This document shows positions 1 through 13,689 of a DNA stretch of 64,000 nucleotides, in pieces. The notes under the pieces were generated by a model. The model searched no databases. It saw only the letters and a list, made by a program, of their open reading frames with translations, and had not been told where the DNA came from. The position numbers were made by a program, and so were the translations under genes. The stretch lies in the NCBI RefSeq assembly GCF_018350175.1, contig NC_058369.1, forward strand, positions 10,850,001 to 10,914,000, given 5' to 3'. Every line of letters starts with the position of its first letter. Positions within the stretch are counted from its first letter, which is position 1. This stretch comes from Felis catus. Taxonomy: Eukaryota.

Positions 1-793
1 CCCTCTCTGAGACCTCCTTGAATGGCCTTTGGGAATCCCATGTGCCCTCAACGTTTGTGAGCAATGAACCTTGTGTTTTTAGAGTCCTCCGGGGGGTGTT
101 GCTGAGGTGTGTCTTGTGACCAAAATAAGAACCCAAAGGCCAGGGCAGTCACAGCATAGGCTCTGGTCAGGGAAACACTTGGGGGAATGTCCACAAGCAC
201 AAGGCCATGTGCAAATGCCTGGGGTATCCTACCTAAGCATTGGTGTCAATAGCCTGAGGCTTAAATGGACCCCTGCTAGAGTCCACATCGTCAAAGAGTT
301 CTTAAGGAAGGGACTTAAAAGGGATTGACAGACTCCAGGTGAAAGCAGAGGTTTTGTATTTCCATCTACAATAAAATTGTGTCGAGGGCCTAGGGGCCAA
401 GTGCAGTGTTTTTCCACATGAAGAACCCACCTTGGGATTATTCTTTGGGGGAAATTGGGGAAAATTTATGTGGCATGGTAGAAATCATGGTATAAATTCA
501 TTTCAGTTTGAAATGGAATTATTTTTAAGGAGACCAACTTGCCCATTGTAAGGTAATTTCCTGGCATTTGTGATCCAACAATTGGGAAAACACTGGGAAC
601 GTATGAAAGTGAACAAGGGTGAAATGGTATATCAGACAGAGTGGAAACTTGATAAAGTGAGTTACCTCAATGTATAGGAAAGTTGAATTCAAACAAACGG
701 AAATGCCAGGAAATAAACAGAAGGAGCAGATTCTACTTCCCCAGACTGATCAAAGATTAGAAGTTCCCGGCTCTGAGGCTCTGAGCCCTGCAA

Positions 794-1762
794 TCATGGG
801 CACGTCTTTGGCCTCAGGACGATTGTCCCATGCATTGCTGGAATGCCAACAATTCTTTTCAGAGCCCTCTTTATGTCTCTGTTCCTCAGGCTGTAGATGA
901 AGGGGTTCAGCATGGGCGTGACCACCGTGTACATCACCGAGGCTGTGGCACTCGAGTGGGAGCTCTGGGTAGCAGCAGAGCTGAGGTACACTCCTAGGCT
1001 TGTGCAATAAAATAAGGAGACAACCGAGAGGTGAGATGCACAGGTGGAAAATGCCTTATACTTGCCCAGAGCTGATGAGATCCTACGTATGGAGGAAACT
1101 ATCTTAGAATAAGAGTAAAGGACCCCAGCCAGGGGAACACCACCCAACAGCACAGCTGCAAGATATATCACCGTGTCATTAAGAAAGGTGTCAGAGCAGG
1201 CAAGTTAGATCATCTGATTGAGCTCACAGAAAAAGTGGGGGATTTCTACCTCTGTACAGAAGGACAGGTGCAACACCATTGAACTTTGTAACAAGGAATG
1301 CAGGACACTCGTGATCCAGGACACCAGGACCAGCAGCCCACAGAGCCGGGGGTTCATGATGACCATATAGTTCAGGGGGTAACAGATGGCCACAAACCGG
1401 TCATAAGCCATCACAGACAGTAGAAAGTTGTCCAATCCAGCAAAGACAAGGAAAAAGTACATCTGAGTGATGCAGCCTTCATAGGTTATGACTTTGGTCT
1501 GGGTCTGGATGTTCCAGAGCATCTTCGGGACGGTGGTGGAGGTGAAGCAGATGTCTACAAAGGACAGGTTGGCCAGGAAGAAGTACATGGGGGTGTGGAG
1601 GCGGGAGTCAGAGCTGACGGCCAGGAGGATGAGCAGGTTGCCAAACACAGTGATCAGGTACATGGAGAGGAAAAGCCCAAATATGAGGGGCTGCAGCTCT
1701 GGTCCCTTTGAAAATCCCAGAAGGTTAAACTCTGAAATTTGTGTATCATTTCCTGTTTCCAT
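794..1762 (-). pseudogene. OR7A-subfamily olfactory receptor pseudogene (OR1), single in-frame nonsense codon
   Basis: ORFs 1205..1789 and 794..1171 are in the same frame. Motifs [33 protein letters not shown] and [12 protein letters not shown] are present. TAA at 1205-1207 replaces the CAA (Gln) of paralogs in [15 protein letters not shown] of METGNDTQ is at 1762. Confidence 0.93.
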
Positions 1763-2970
1763 ATGCTGGAGATGACTACCGGGGAACAAAGAAATAACAT
1801 GACTAATTTTCTCAAAATGAACATTGCAAATATCGTTGAAATTCTACAATTCTTATTTTGCATTCAAAAGATCAATTTCTATAGTTTTTTACAGAAATTT
1901 CCCCTCTCAGGGAAAAATCTCAGGGGAAAAATCCCCTCCCCAAGCCAGCTCTAACTAGGGCTTCACATCCCCCAGTTAGCTTTTTCCCCAACTACTCATC
2001 TATTGTATATTTTTAATGAGGAATTCTGAAAGCTGTCATGCGTTTGAGGAATAACTTTGAACACTCACTAACCTCCAGGTAAAGAGTATAAGTGCCTAGA
2101 AACAAAAGCCTGGAGGGTTCAGTGATGGAGAAAGGGGATAAGCAAATAAAGATCAGATAAAATATCAGGAGGTGACAGGTGCCATGAAGAAAAACAAAGC
2201 CTGTGTAAAGGGAAGCGTGGATGGAGGGATGGCTCTTCCTGGTTGTTCGGGCACACTGGCACACATGTAAACAGAGCCCTCGAGGAGACAGGAGACACAA
2301 GGTCCTCTGGGGAAGAGCATGACCATCGGAGGGAACTATGAGTGCGACGGCTCTGAGGAAAGATGCGGGTTTTTCTAAATTAAGTTTTTAAAGCCTGAGG
2401 GTGGTCGACACACCAGGTCACGTTAGTTTGGGGGGCGCCACACAGTGATTCAACAAGTGTCAACATCACGCCCTGCTCACCAGGCATGGAGCTGCCATCT
2501 GTCACCACACAGCCTGTGACAGCATCACTGACAGTATTCCCTCCGCTGGGCCTTTACCTCCTCTGAGTCTCCCCTTCCTGAACATGGAAGGAATTCCTCA
2601 ACCGGAAGCCAGTGTCTCCCACTCCCCTTCACCATCCTGCCTTTTGTTGTTTGCATATTGTGTTAAAGACCCAGGCTCAAAAGAAAGCCAGTGTGTCCAG
2701 GGGAAGGAGTGAGAGGAAGACTGATGAGAGGTGGTGGCAGGGAATGTGGAGGAATGAGGTGGCCTCCCTGACACTGATGAAACTTCCCGGCACAAGGAAC
2801 CCCTCCTTCACATGGTGTTCCTGCACTTTATTAATTTCGTTTCCAAGGAATCTTTGAATAGAAACAGACATCCTTCTTATATTCATTGTCGGTACTAACC
2901 TGGCACCTGTATTTTAAGGGTCGAGTACTGGAAGTATGGGTTCCAGGACCTCTGTCTTGAGAACTGCTCA

Positions 2971-2971
<1 letters not shown>

Positions 2972-3009
<38 letters not shown>
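2972..3009. repeat. (CA)n microsatellite
   Basis: Directly visible. Confidence 0.95.
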
Positions 3010-3011
<2 letters not shown>

Positions 3012-3654
3012 CTCTATAGCCTCCTTGGACCATGTCACAACCAGACTATTCTCACCTCCAGTCGCAATAATTAGGCAAACAATGATACAAGGCAAGCTGT
3101 GCAATATCAGATTGTCTTTCCTATAAATTGCAAAAACATCCAAATTCTAGTAGATAAGTCTCCAGTGAGCATGTAGATATGGGTCTCGATTTTAAGGTGA
3201 TCATTTTGTGTCCAGTATTTACAGAAACAAAAATCAAATTCAAAAACTGAGAGCAAGAAAAGTGGGGAGAAATATCTAATGAGCTCAGATGGCCCCTGGT
3301 GGTGATGATGAGAAAGTGTCCCTGGTTCTGGCGACACCCCAACCCCAGGTACATCTCCTTGATGCCCAGAATAATAAAGCGGCAAAAAGCAATTTATCTA
3401 AAAGGAAAAGTTAAGATGTCTAAGTTATCAAGACATCCCGCTAAATAACAAGCAAGGCAAAACCCCCACAATTCTCTAAGGGTAATATACAGAGTACAAC
3501 AAAAGTGGTGGATTTTAAAAGATTATTTGCTATCAAAACCCAACTCTTATAAATGATATAAAATGCAACACCTTCATCATCAGAAACTCGTGTTTTGAAT
3601 TCTGGATCTACATATGTTTGCTTTTTGAACTTGGAGAACCAACCAAACTACTCT

Positions 3655-3900
3655 TTTTTTCATTTAAATTCTACTCAGGTAACATACAGTGCAACATATT
3701 GTTTTCAGGAGTAGAATTCAGTGATTCATCACTTACCACACCCAGTGCTCATCACAGCAATTACCCTCCTTAATCCCCATGACCCATCTAGCCCATCCCT
3801 CACCTACCTGCCTCCAACAACCCTCAATTTGTTCTCTATCTTTATGAGTCTCTTCTGGTTTGTTTCCCTCTCTTCTCTTCCCCCACCTTCCCAACCAAAC
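3655..3900 (-). mobile_element. L1 3' UTR fragment
   Basis: cagtgattcatcacttac...acccagtgctcatc matches the other L1 3' ends in the window. Confidence 0.75.
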
Positions 3901-6544
3901 TATTGTAAATGCTAATATCCTTCCCAAACAGTAGGGCTAGAGGTATCTATCTTGCTCAGGTGGTTGGCAGATTTAGTGAATACGCCATAAAGAACTTAGC
4001 ATAGTTCCCTCAATGGATAATGAGTGCTTCTTACTGGTGAGGAGATTTGACCAACTTTTTCTTCTCTCAAAGTCCCCATCACTCCCCACTTCTGGGGCCC
4101 CAATTCCACAGCCTTATTTCAGTTTTCTTCCTCTCTCCACCCATCACAGGCTAGCACCCCTCTAGCCAATATTCACATTTACCCCCCAGAGAGATCTCTC
4201 TATATTACAATTACGTTACTGTCCACCTTCCTGATTTAATGCTTTCATCTGACTCCCCCCTGGAGAATGAACCCCAAATCCATATTTCCAACACTTGGCT
4301 TGCCTCCCCTGACTGACCCAACAGCTTTGTACTCATGCTGCCTCACCCACATCAACTCTACCAACACTGAACTTGAGTTGTAGCTTCATCTCAAGCCCCA
4401 GTCTCAAGACTCCGAGCCCCTACACACCTGCTTCCCCTCTGGTTGGAATCATCCACTGGTCTACTTGGAAGTTCTCACCTCTTCTGTCTTGAAACTCCCA
4501 TCTCCTCTCTCAGACAGCAAGGAGTCGTCTCCTTCATGAATGTGTGTGAGTGTGTGTGTGACTGTGTGTGTGTGTTTTGACATTCCCACAAGAAAAAAAT
4601 GACTTTCTTTTGTGATAATTTAGATGTGGTGTTATCACTGTAATTTTTATTTAATTCCATATATGTTTCCCTGCTAGACTGTGGGTGCCCTGGGCATGTT
4701 ATACTTACTCCCACCCCTTACCCCCAGACATAGTTTGGTTGGGGACAGTAGTAATAAATACATATTGCATGAACGAATGAGAGATTGTGCTCACAGGAGT
4801 TGTCAATGAAAGGAGAGAGAACACAAACAGGGAGCTGTTAGCACAGGAACAGAGAACCAGGGAGAGGAGTGTTTTCCATATTCTGAGACTGGGACCATTT
4901 GTGGGGTCAGGGTGTGGTTTGCAAGAATAAACTAGAATAGAAAAACTAAGGCACAATAGAAAATATCAGAGCACGTCGTACGTGGTCAGGGTGCAGACCA
5001 ATCACTCGTGGTTCTCCTTGTTGAGTTATATGTGTGTGCGTGTGAGTGTGCAAAAACGTGTTTCCTTTCTTCATATGTCTATCCCTGAGAACATTGTGTC
5101 AGATACACTTTGCTTTCTTCATTGAATGTAAGATCCAAACGAGCAGGACCTCACTTCTTTCATTCATTTTTTTTGCTGTTTCATAAAGGTGTGCATTTAT
5201 ATAGTAACACATTTTTAGAAAATGGAATTTATAAAATACAAGGAACAGCAGAGAGAAGAAAACTGGGATAAATAGTGAATTCAAAATAAACTTATTAATT
5301 AAAATTGAGTTAAAAAGACTCTTCTGTAGGAAAAGATATAAAATAACAATTTCATCACATTAACACCCGTCTCAAACTCAAAATGGAATAGGCAAAAACC
5401 TCAAAGAAGAATAGGAAAACAAGGATTATGATTATAACTGACTTTAAAAATAATGCAGGGAGCAGACTATAAAATTGTAATTTCATCCTTTACAAACATA
5501 AGTGGGGTCACACACACTTGTGAAAAAGATATAAGTTGAATGCAAGAGAAATTCACGTTTCCACAGGACGGCAGAAGGATGATTGCTAGTTTAGAAAATA
5601 GATCCAATCACAAAACAAAAGGTAGCAGCGAGGAAGCACAGATGAGAGGTAGGTGGCAATACATACAAAAGGCAGTTTATTACTACAAGGCACACAGAAA
5701 GCAATGGGTGGGGAGAAAGTATGGCCGACTGGTAGATTTGACCACTCAAAGTTTATAAACTCTCACACGACCCAGAAAATATATCTGTACATACATACAA
5801 GAATCAAACAGCAAATAGTAAACTTGGCTTAAAATTTGCAAATTTTTTTTTTCTTTTTACAGTTTTTATTTAAATTCTGGTTGGTTAAAATATAGTGTAA
5901 TATTGGTTTCAGGAGTAGAATTATTTGTGTGAAAAAAATGCAATCAAGAGGAAGGAAGAAAATGATTCAGCAGGAGCATCAAACAAAGAAAAGAATAAGA
6001 ACACTCAGACTCAATGTAAAAGGCAAAGAAATTACACTGATAATTTACGACAGGCAAAGTAAATGGCCAATAAACCCCAACATAAATTCGTCCTCCAGGT
6101 AATAAGTGCAAAATAAAACCCTCTAGCATATGCCTGTTCGAGTTTTAAATAAACTTTTTAACTGACCTAATGCAGAGACGATTCTAGAAATGTATGTCTC
6201 CAGAACTGCAGTTGCCAGGTCGTGGCTCCCTCCATTGGTCTGGACCTTTCTAAAAGATACAGAATATGCTCCAAAATACCCCATCTTAAAAATATTGTTT
6301 ACATTCCCTCACTGCACCTCCTTCCATACCTAATAGTCTATTTTCATATTTCCTTTAACTGAAAACTCTTTGGAAATGTTCAGATTATCCTGTAAGACAG
6401 TACCCGGCGCTCCCTCGTTAGTCGCATCCAACTGATCTTTTATTCCCACCACTTAATTGTCAACAATAATCCTTATATTGCTAATTTCAACACACACTTC
6501 CTTTTTTTCACATCTTAAATAAATTGATTATAAATGAGTGGGTT

Positions 6545-6978
6545 GGGCACCTGGGTGGCTCAGTCGGTGAAGCGTCCGACTTCAGCTCAGGTCATGATCT
6601 CACAGTTGGTTAGTTCCAACCCCACATAAGGCTCTGTGCTGATGGCTCGAAGCCTGGAACCTGCCTCAGATCTATGTCTCCCTCTCTCTCTGGTCCTCCC
6701 TCACTCACACTCTGCCTCTCTCTCTCTTTCTCTCAAAAGTAAATAAACATAAAAAAAATAAATGGGGGAGACTGGGTGGCTCAGTAAGTTAAGCGTCTGA
6801 CTTTGGCTCAGGTCATGATCTCGCAGTTCGTGAATTCGAGCCCCGCGTCAGGCTCTGTGCTGACAGCTCAGAGCCTGGAGTCTGCTTCAGATTCTGTGTC
6901 CCCCTCTCTCTGTGCCCCTCACACTCTTACTCTGTCTCCATCTCTCTCGCTCAAATATAAGTAAACATTAAAAAAATG
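6545..6978 (+). mobile_element. Two tandem tRNA-derived carnivore SINEs
   Basis: Each has a CTGGGTGGCTCAGT head, (CT)n tract and A-rich tail. Confidence 0.9.
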
Positions 6979-7118
6979 AAAGAGTTCACCGTGCCATCAA
7001 ACACAATGGGTCTTTTGGCTCCCAGACCAGGATGGTTAGGCTGTCAGGTGACCTCAGAGGAATGCTTTCAGATTCCATTCTCTGGGAACCTTCCCTGGAA
7101 TACCTGCTGAGTGCTGAG

Positions 7119-7490
7119 ACTCACCTAGATGGGGTCTCTGAGAGGAAGGTCTCCAGGTGGAAGTCAGAATTCCTCCTTGTTTGTTGATGATGGAAAGCAA
7201 GCTCTATTCCCAGAACAGGAAGGAGTGAAGCATTGGTCCCCAAACCAGACTTAAGAATCCAAATGCAAAGACCATGTCTCCTCTGGCTTGGATTAAACAT
7301 GTCTGGATCTGCAGCAGAGGAGGTATTTACAGCTCCTTATGTTTGCTGCATCTGACACAGCAAAATGTGTCTGCAACGTTAGACACATTTCCCATTGTTA
7401 CTCCAACCCCTGAGCCCATCTCCCCATGGGAACTTATCTGGACAGAATGGAATTTTTTCCTGTAGATTCCCTGTTCCCAAGAGATCAGAT
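7119..7490 (-). promoter_or_regulatory. Putative OR promoter + non-coding exon 1 cassette P1 (serving OR1)
   Basis: On the minus strand: O/E-like TCTCTTGGGAA (~7474-7484) and TTCCCATGGGGA (7421-7432), TGTAAATA (7324-7331), donor TAG|GTGAGT (exon end 7125). Homologous to P2-P5. Confidence 0.6.
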
Positions 7491-7829
7491 TAGATTTCAG
7501 GCATATCCAATTTTTATTACTCCTCCTCAAACTTCCCTGGCTTGTCTAACATTGAAACTTTTCACAGACCTGAGTGAAAGTTTCTTTTTCCAAATCTAGG
7601 ACTCAGGAACCTGTCTTGACTATGCCTCTTGGCTCTCTGAAACATTGAGTTGTGGTGGGAACACAACTCCTGATAGTCTAGAAAATACCTATTCTTTCTT
7701 CAACAAGAAAAAGTGTGTTCCTTTGCTATACAACCATGGGTTTAATAATCCTTGGATTTGATATTCTTTTGACAAATCATCTGGGAGTTTCGTATGTTTA
7801 AGACAGGTTAAAAGTTGACGTTTATAAAA

Positions 7830-8339
7830 CATTTGGTAATTCTACGTGTATTACAAAGCTGTAGTCATCAAGACAGTATGGTACTGACACAAAAACGGAC
7901 CCATAGAACAATGGAATAGAACAGAAAACCCAGAAATGGACCCAAAACAATATGGTCAATCTTCGACAAAGAAGGAAGAAGTGTCCAATGGAAAAAAGGC
8001 AGCTTCTTAAGCAATGGTATCGGCAAAATGGAGAGCAACATGCCAGTGAAACTGGACCACTCTCTTACACCATACACCATTCACAGAAATGAATTCAAAA
8101 TGGATGAAAGGCCTAAATGTGAGATAGGAAACCACCCAAATCCTAGAGGAGAACACAGGCAGCTATCTCTTTGACCTCAAATACGGCAACTTCTTGTTAC
8201 CCATGTTGCCGTAGGCAAGAGAAACAAAAGCGAACATGAACTATTGGGACCTCACCAATGTAAAAAGCTTCTGCACAGTGAAGAAAACAAAAGAATTAAA
8301 AGGCTTCCTACAGAATGGGAGAAGATGTTTGTAAATGAC
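7830..8339 (+). mobile_element. LINE-1 ORF2 fragment
   Basis: tacaaagctgtagtcatcaagacagtatggtac...cagaatgggagaagat matches the L1 at 55580-56080. Ends at an N gap. Confidence 0.88.
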
Positions 8340-8468
8340 NNNNNNNNNNNNNNNNNNNNNNNNNNNNNNNNNNNNNNNNNNNNNNNNNNNNNNNNNNNNN
8401 NNNNNNNNNNNNNNNNNNNNNNNNNNNNNNNNNNNNNNNNNNNNNNNNNNNNNNNNNNNNNNNNNNNN

Positions 8469-11062
8469 AATAAACATAGGGATGCATATATGTTTTCAAA
8501 TTGGCGTTTTTCTTTTCTTTGGAAACAGTAATGGACTTATTGGATCATGTTGTCATTCTATTTCCAAGTTTTGAGGGCCCTCCGTACTGTTTTCCACAGT
8601 GGCTGCATTCCCACCAGCAGTGTGTGAGGTGCCTTTTCCCCCACTTCATCACCAGCACTTGTTTGTTGTGTTTCTGATTTTAGCCCTTCTGACCTGTGTG
8701 AGGTGGTATCTCATTGTGGTTTTGATTTACATTTCCCTGATGATGAGTGATGATGAACATCTTTGCATTTGTCTGTTGGCCATCTGGATGTCTTCTTTAG
8801 AGACATGTCAATTCATAACCTCTGCCCAATTTTTAAGTGGATGGTTTGGGTTTTTTTGTTGTTGTATAGTTGTNNNNNNNNNNNNNNNNNNNNNNNNNNN
8901 NNNNNNNNNNNNNNNNNNNNNNNNNNNNNNNNNNNNNNNNNNNNNNNNNNNNNNNNNNNNNNNNNNNNNNNNNNNNNNNNNNNNNNNNNNNNNNNNNNNN
9001 NNAAAAGCTTTTAATTTTGATGGAATCCCAATAGTTTATTATCATTTTTGTTTCCCTAGCCTTAGGAGACTTGTCTAGAAAAATGTTGCTATAGCTGATG
9101 TCAGAGAAATTACTGCCTGTGTTCTTTTCGGGCAGTTTCATGTCTCACATTTAGGTTTTTCATCCATTTTTGTTTTTATGTATGGTGTAAGAAAGTTGTC
9201 CTGTTTCATTGTTTTACATGTATCTTCCCAGTTTTCCCAGCACCATTTATTGAAAAGACTGTCTTTTCCCTATAGTCTCACCTTTTTAAATTTTATTTTA
9301 ATTTACATCCAAGTAATAGATTAAACCCATTTAGTCATGTTTTATTTCTGGGGTCTTTATTCTGTCCCACTGACCTATGTGTCTATTTATGTGTCTAAAG
9401 CATACTATCTTGATTACTACAGCTTTGGAGTATATCTTGAAACCTGGTTGGTCTGTTCTTTTTTCTCAGGATTGCTTTGGCTATGCAGGATCCGGTAGTT
9501 CCATACAAATGTTAGTATTATTTGTTCTAGTTTTGTGANNNNNNNNNNNNNNNNNNNNNNNNNNNNNNNNNNNNNNNNNNNNNNNNNNNNNNNNNNNNNN
9601 NNNNNNNNNNNNNNNNNNNNNNNNNNNNNNNNNNNNNNNNNNNNNNNNNNNNNNNNNNNNNNNNNNNNNNNNNNNNNNNNNNNNNCACTAGTGTATTATA
9701 GTTTTTGGAACATAGGTCTTTCACTTTTTGGCTAAGTTGATTCCTAAATATTTTATCCTTTTTGGTGCAATTGTAAATGGTGTTTTTAAATGTTTTCCTT
9801 TCAGCTGCTTCGTTGTTAAGGTACAGAAACGTTGCTGATAACTGGGTATTTATTTTGTATTTTGTACTTTACTGAATTAATGTAGTACACCTAGTAATTT
9901 TATATGTATGTATGTATGTAAAATCAAGTTAGTTAACATGCACTGTAGTATTGGTTTCATGAGTAGAACCCAGTGATTCATCACTTCTATAGAACACTCA
10001 GTGCTCATTCCAATAAGTGCCCTCCTTAAATAAATGCCCATCACCCATTTAGATAACCCCCAATCCACCTCCCCTCCAGGAACCCCCAGCCTATTCTCTG
10101 CATTCAAGAGTCTCTTATGGTTTTACTCCCTCTGTTATTAACTTATTTTCCCTCACTTCCCCAATGCTCGTCTGTTTTGTTTCTTAAAATTCCACATATG
10201 AGTGAAATGATATATTTGTCTTTTTCTGACTGACTTATTTCACTTAGCATAATACACTGTAGTTCCATCCACATTCTTTCAAATGGCAAGATTTCATTCT
10301 TTTTGATCACTGAATATTATTCCATTGTATGTATATATACCACATCTTCCTTATCCATACTTCTAGGAAGGTTTTGGTAGATTCTTTTGGATTTACCATG
10401 TATAGTATCATGTCATCTGCAAATAGTAGCAGTTTAACTTCTTTACCAATATGGATACCTCTTATTTCTTTTTCTTGTCTGATTGCTGTGGCTAGGACCT
10501 CCAGTACTATGTTGAATAAGTGTGAGTGGACATATTTTCTTCTTCTTGACATTGGGGGTAAAGCTCTCCACATTTCACCATTGAGTATGATGCTACCTAT
10601 GGGATTTTCATAGGTGGCCTTTATTATGTGGAGGTATGTTGCCTTTAACCCCACTTTATTGAATTTTTATCATGAATGAATGTTGAATTTTGTCAAATGA
10701 TTTTTCTTCATCTATTGAGATGATCATATGATTTTTATCCTTCATTTTGTTGATGTGTATAACATTGATTTTCAAAATATTGAAACACCCTTGTATCCCT
10801 GAAATAAATCCTACCTGATCATGGTGAATGATCTTTTTAGTATACTGTCATGTGTGGTTTGCTAGGATTTTCCTGAGGATTTTTGCATCTATCTTCATCA
10901 AGGATACTGGTCTATAGTTTTCTTTTTGGGGGGTGTCATTGTCTGGTTCCAGCATCAGGGTAATGTTGGCCTGATTGATGTATTTGGAAGCTTTCCCTCC
11001 TGTTCAATACTTTGGAGTAGGTTGAAGAGAACAGATACTAACTCTTTGTTAAATGCCTTGTA
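8469..11062 (-). mobile_element. Older LINE-1 (ORF2) with a nested L1 3' end at ~9905-10358
   Basis: ORF 10307..10654 ([11 protein letters not shown]) and 8833..9141 are L1 ORF2; an L1 3' UTR interrupts it. Confidence 0.88.
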
Positions 11063-11084
11063 GATGGGGCATTTGGGTGGCTCT

Positions 11085-11435
11085 GATGGTTGGGTGTCCA
11101 ACTTCAGCTCAGGTCGTAATCTCATGGTTCATGAGTTTAAGCCCCACACTGGGATCTGTGCATTGGGCTCTGTGTTGACATCTTGGAGCCTGGAGCCTGC
11201 TTCAGATTCTGTGTCTCTATCTCCAAAGGCAAGGGGATTAAAAGCAAAAATTAACTATCGGGAGCTCATGAAGATAAAAAGCTTCTGCGCTGCAAAGGGA
11301 ACAATCAACAAAACTAAAAGGCAACTGAGAGAATGTGAAAAGATACTTGCAAATGACATATGGACAAAGGGCTAGTATCCAAAATCTATAAAGACTCTCC
11401 AAATTCCACACCCGAAAGACAAATAAGCCAGTGAG
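11085..11435 (+). mobile_element. SINE 5' part fused to a short L1 ORF2 fragment
   Basis: SINE sequence to ~11220 (gattctgtgtctct) switches directly into L1 (tctccaaaggcaaggg...aaaactaaaaggcaac). Confidence 0.75.
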
Positions 11436-11932
11436 GCCAGATCAGTGACCTTTTACCTGCAAAGTATAGAAATGGTTCCCAGAAATGCCAGTTCTTAAGC
11501 CTCCCATGGACAAATGAATTTGAGGCTCCATATTGGAATGGTAAGTTTCTGCTGTGATTTACACAAACTTAAAAATGTCTGTTCAACACACAGCGAGGCA
11601 GAGAGTGGGGGTGGTGGTGAATAAAACGGATGAGGCAGAGCAATTATCTAATAAACGTGCGTGGTTCCTGAGACACTGGGAGGTAAAATAAACTGCCATT
11701 GCCTTAATAGTAAGTTAAAGGAATAGAATATGGAATATCAACGAAAGTGTGAGCATCCACGCTGTGAAACTGACACAGCCACTGAATAAATACATCACTT
11801 AATCAAACAAACAAATGAACACAGTGATCACCAGCCCTGCACTAGGTTGAATTGGCTCTCAGGTGATGACAGGTTAATGAAATTGGCTTCCATTCTTCTG
11901 ACCCTGTCATCCACGGCGCATCGGGCCGTTGG

Positions 11933-12280
11933 GCTCACCTGGCGGGGGTGTGTGACAAGATCTCCTTGTGACAAGTCTGAATGCCTCTCTGGACTGCAGA
12001 TGGTAGGGACTAAAGCCCTGTTCTTAGCTGAGACAGCAGGAAGGAGTAAAGCATGGGCCCCAGCCGTAATTAGGGTCTGGAAGAACAGAGGGAGACCTTG
12101 TCCCTTCCCATCCAAGGTCACACAGGCTGACAGGCGACCAGAGAGTATTTACAGCTCCCCGTATCCGCTCATTAGGCTCATTTCTCTCTTGGTACCCCAG
12201 CCTCTGATCTCATATTCCCAAGTGGGAAACTGCTCTGGACACAAGTATTTTTTCCTAATGACTCTCGGTTCCCAAAAGAC
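11933..12280 (-). promoter_or_regulatory. Putative OR promoter + exon 1 cassette P2 (orphan)
   Basis: On the minus strand: TCTTTTGGGAA, TTCCCACTTGGGAA, homeodomain TAATGA (12169-12174), TGTAAATA, donor CAG|GTGAGC (exon end 11939). Inverted paralog of P4. Confidence 0.6.
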
Positions 12281-12494
12281 TAGGTCAGAGACCAAGTGAA
12301 TGCAGTTCTTTTTTTCCTCCCCTTTTCCCTGAACTTGTCCCCTTCCTGATGTGTAAATCGTCTGGCACCTGATCTCGGCCGAGACACACTTTTCTCCAAG
12401 TCTAAGACCAAGGAACCCTCCGGGATTAGTCCTCTTTGTCTTCCAAGCATTGCCTGTCCTAGGGACCCAGCTGTAGCATTTCTAGTGCTGTCTG

Positions 12495-12765
12495 TCTGTC
12501 TCTTTGTTTGTTTTTGAGAGAGAGGGAGAGAGAGAGCATGAGTGGGGGAGAGGAAGGGAGGGAGAGAGGGACAGAGAGAAGCTTTAATGTTTATTTATTT
12601 ATTTTAAGAGAGAGAGTCAGAGAAAGAGGGAGAGAGAGAATCCCAAGCAGTCTACATGCTCAGTGCAGAAGCAATCTGGGGGCTCAATTCCATGGCCATG
12701 CGGTCATGTCCTAAGCCGCAATCAAGACACGGAAGATGAACCCACTGAGCCAATGAGGTGACCCA
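12495..12765 (-). mobile_element. Carnivore SINE(s), degraded
   Basis: (GA)n tracts and reverse-complement SINE body. Confidence 0.75.
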
Positions 12766-12794
12766 GTGTCTACTGTTCTTATCAACAGCACCGC

Positions 12795-13327
12795 TAGGAA
12801 TCTACCTAAGGACACAGGAGTGCTGATGCACAGGGCACGTGCACCCCAATGTTTAGAGCAGCGCTTTCAGCAACAGCCAAATTATGTAAAGAGCCCAAAT
12901 GTCCATCATCTGACGAAAGGATCAAGAAGTTGTGGTTTATATACACAACGCAATCCTACTTGGCAATGAGGAAGAATGAAATCCTGCCATTTGCAGCAAC
13001 GTGATGGAACTAGAGAGTGTAATGCTAAGTGAAAGAAGTGAGGCAGAGAAAGACAGATACCGTATGTTTTCACTCATAGTTGGATCTTGAGAAACTTAAG
13101 AGAAGAGCATGTGGAGGGGAAGGGGAAAAGAGAGTTAGAGGGAGGGAGGCAAACCATAAGAGACTCTTGAGGCCTGAGAACAAACCGAGGGTAGGTGGGG
13201 GGTGGGGGGATTTGGGAAAGTGGGTGATGGGCAGGGAGGAGGGCACTTGTTGGGATGAGCACTGGGTGTTGCATGGAAACCATTTTGACAATAAATTTCA
13301 TATATTAAAAAAAAGAAAAAAATAATA
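12795..13327 (+). mobile_element. LINE-1 3' end with poly-A
   Basis: ORF2 C-terminal and felid 3' UTR sequence ending aataaatttcatatattaaaaaaaag. Confidence 0.88.
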
Positions 13328-13689
13328 AAGCAGAGAAATGACTTCTGGTATTAAACCTTGGGAGCCACAGAGATTGGCTTCAAGACACTTTTTCTGTCAC
13401 TTGTTTTATAAGACGTTAAAAGCTGTCATTTGGTCCCTTGTTATAAAATGGTCCTTAAATATAACAGATGTATTGAGATCTAGTTATGTACTACAATGTG
13501 AGCTTACCATCTCACAGGGAGTTTGGGTTTAATCTTTATAAAATCTTATCCCTGAGATTATGAACTACATCTTATGGTGTATAAATGCTGCTTGGTTGTG
13601 TCTTGTCATCTGTCCAAATTTAATATCTGAGTATGTGGTGTCCCTTGAGTTTGATTCTGTCAGGATGCTTCTGGTTCTCAACCTTGGGG

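Noticed and set aside
1488-1775. Recurrent antisense ORFs over the OR genes (also 16749..17036, 16559..16972, 29333..29599, 29397..29810, 39592..39879, 52126..52419)
   Set aside because: They are shadows of the near-identical OR coding strand; recurrence needs no independent selection.
1895-2025. TCTCAGGG(G)AA pair and TAATGA just upstream of OR1 as a Greek-island-like enhancer
   Set aside because: Short motifs in AT-rich DNA, not retained at the equivalent position of the other ORs; insufficient support.
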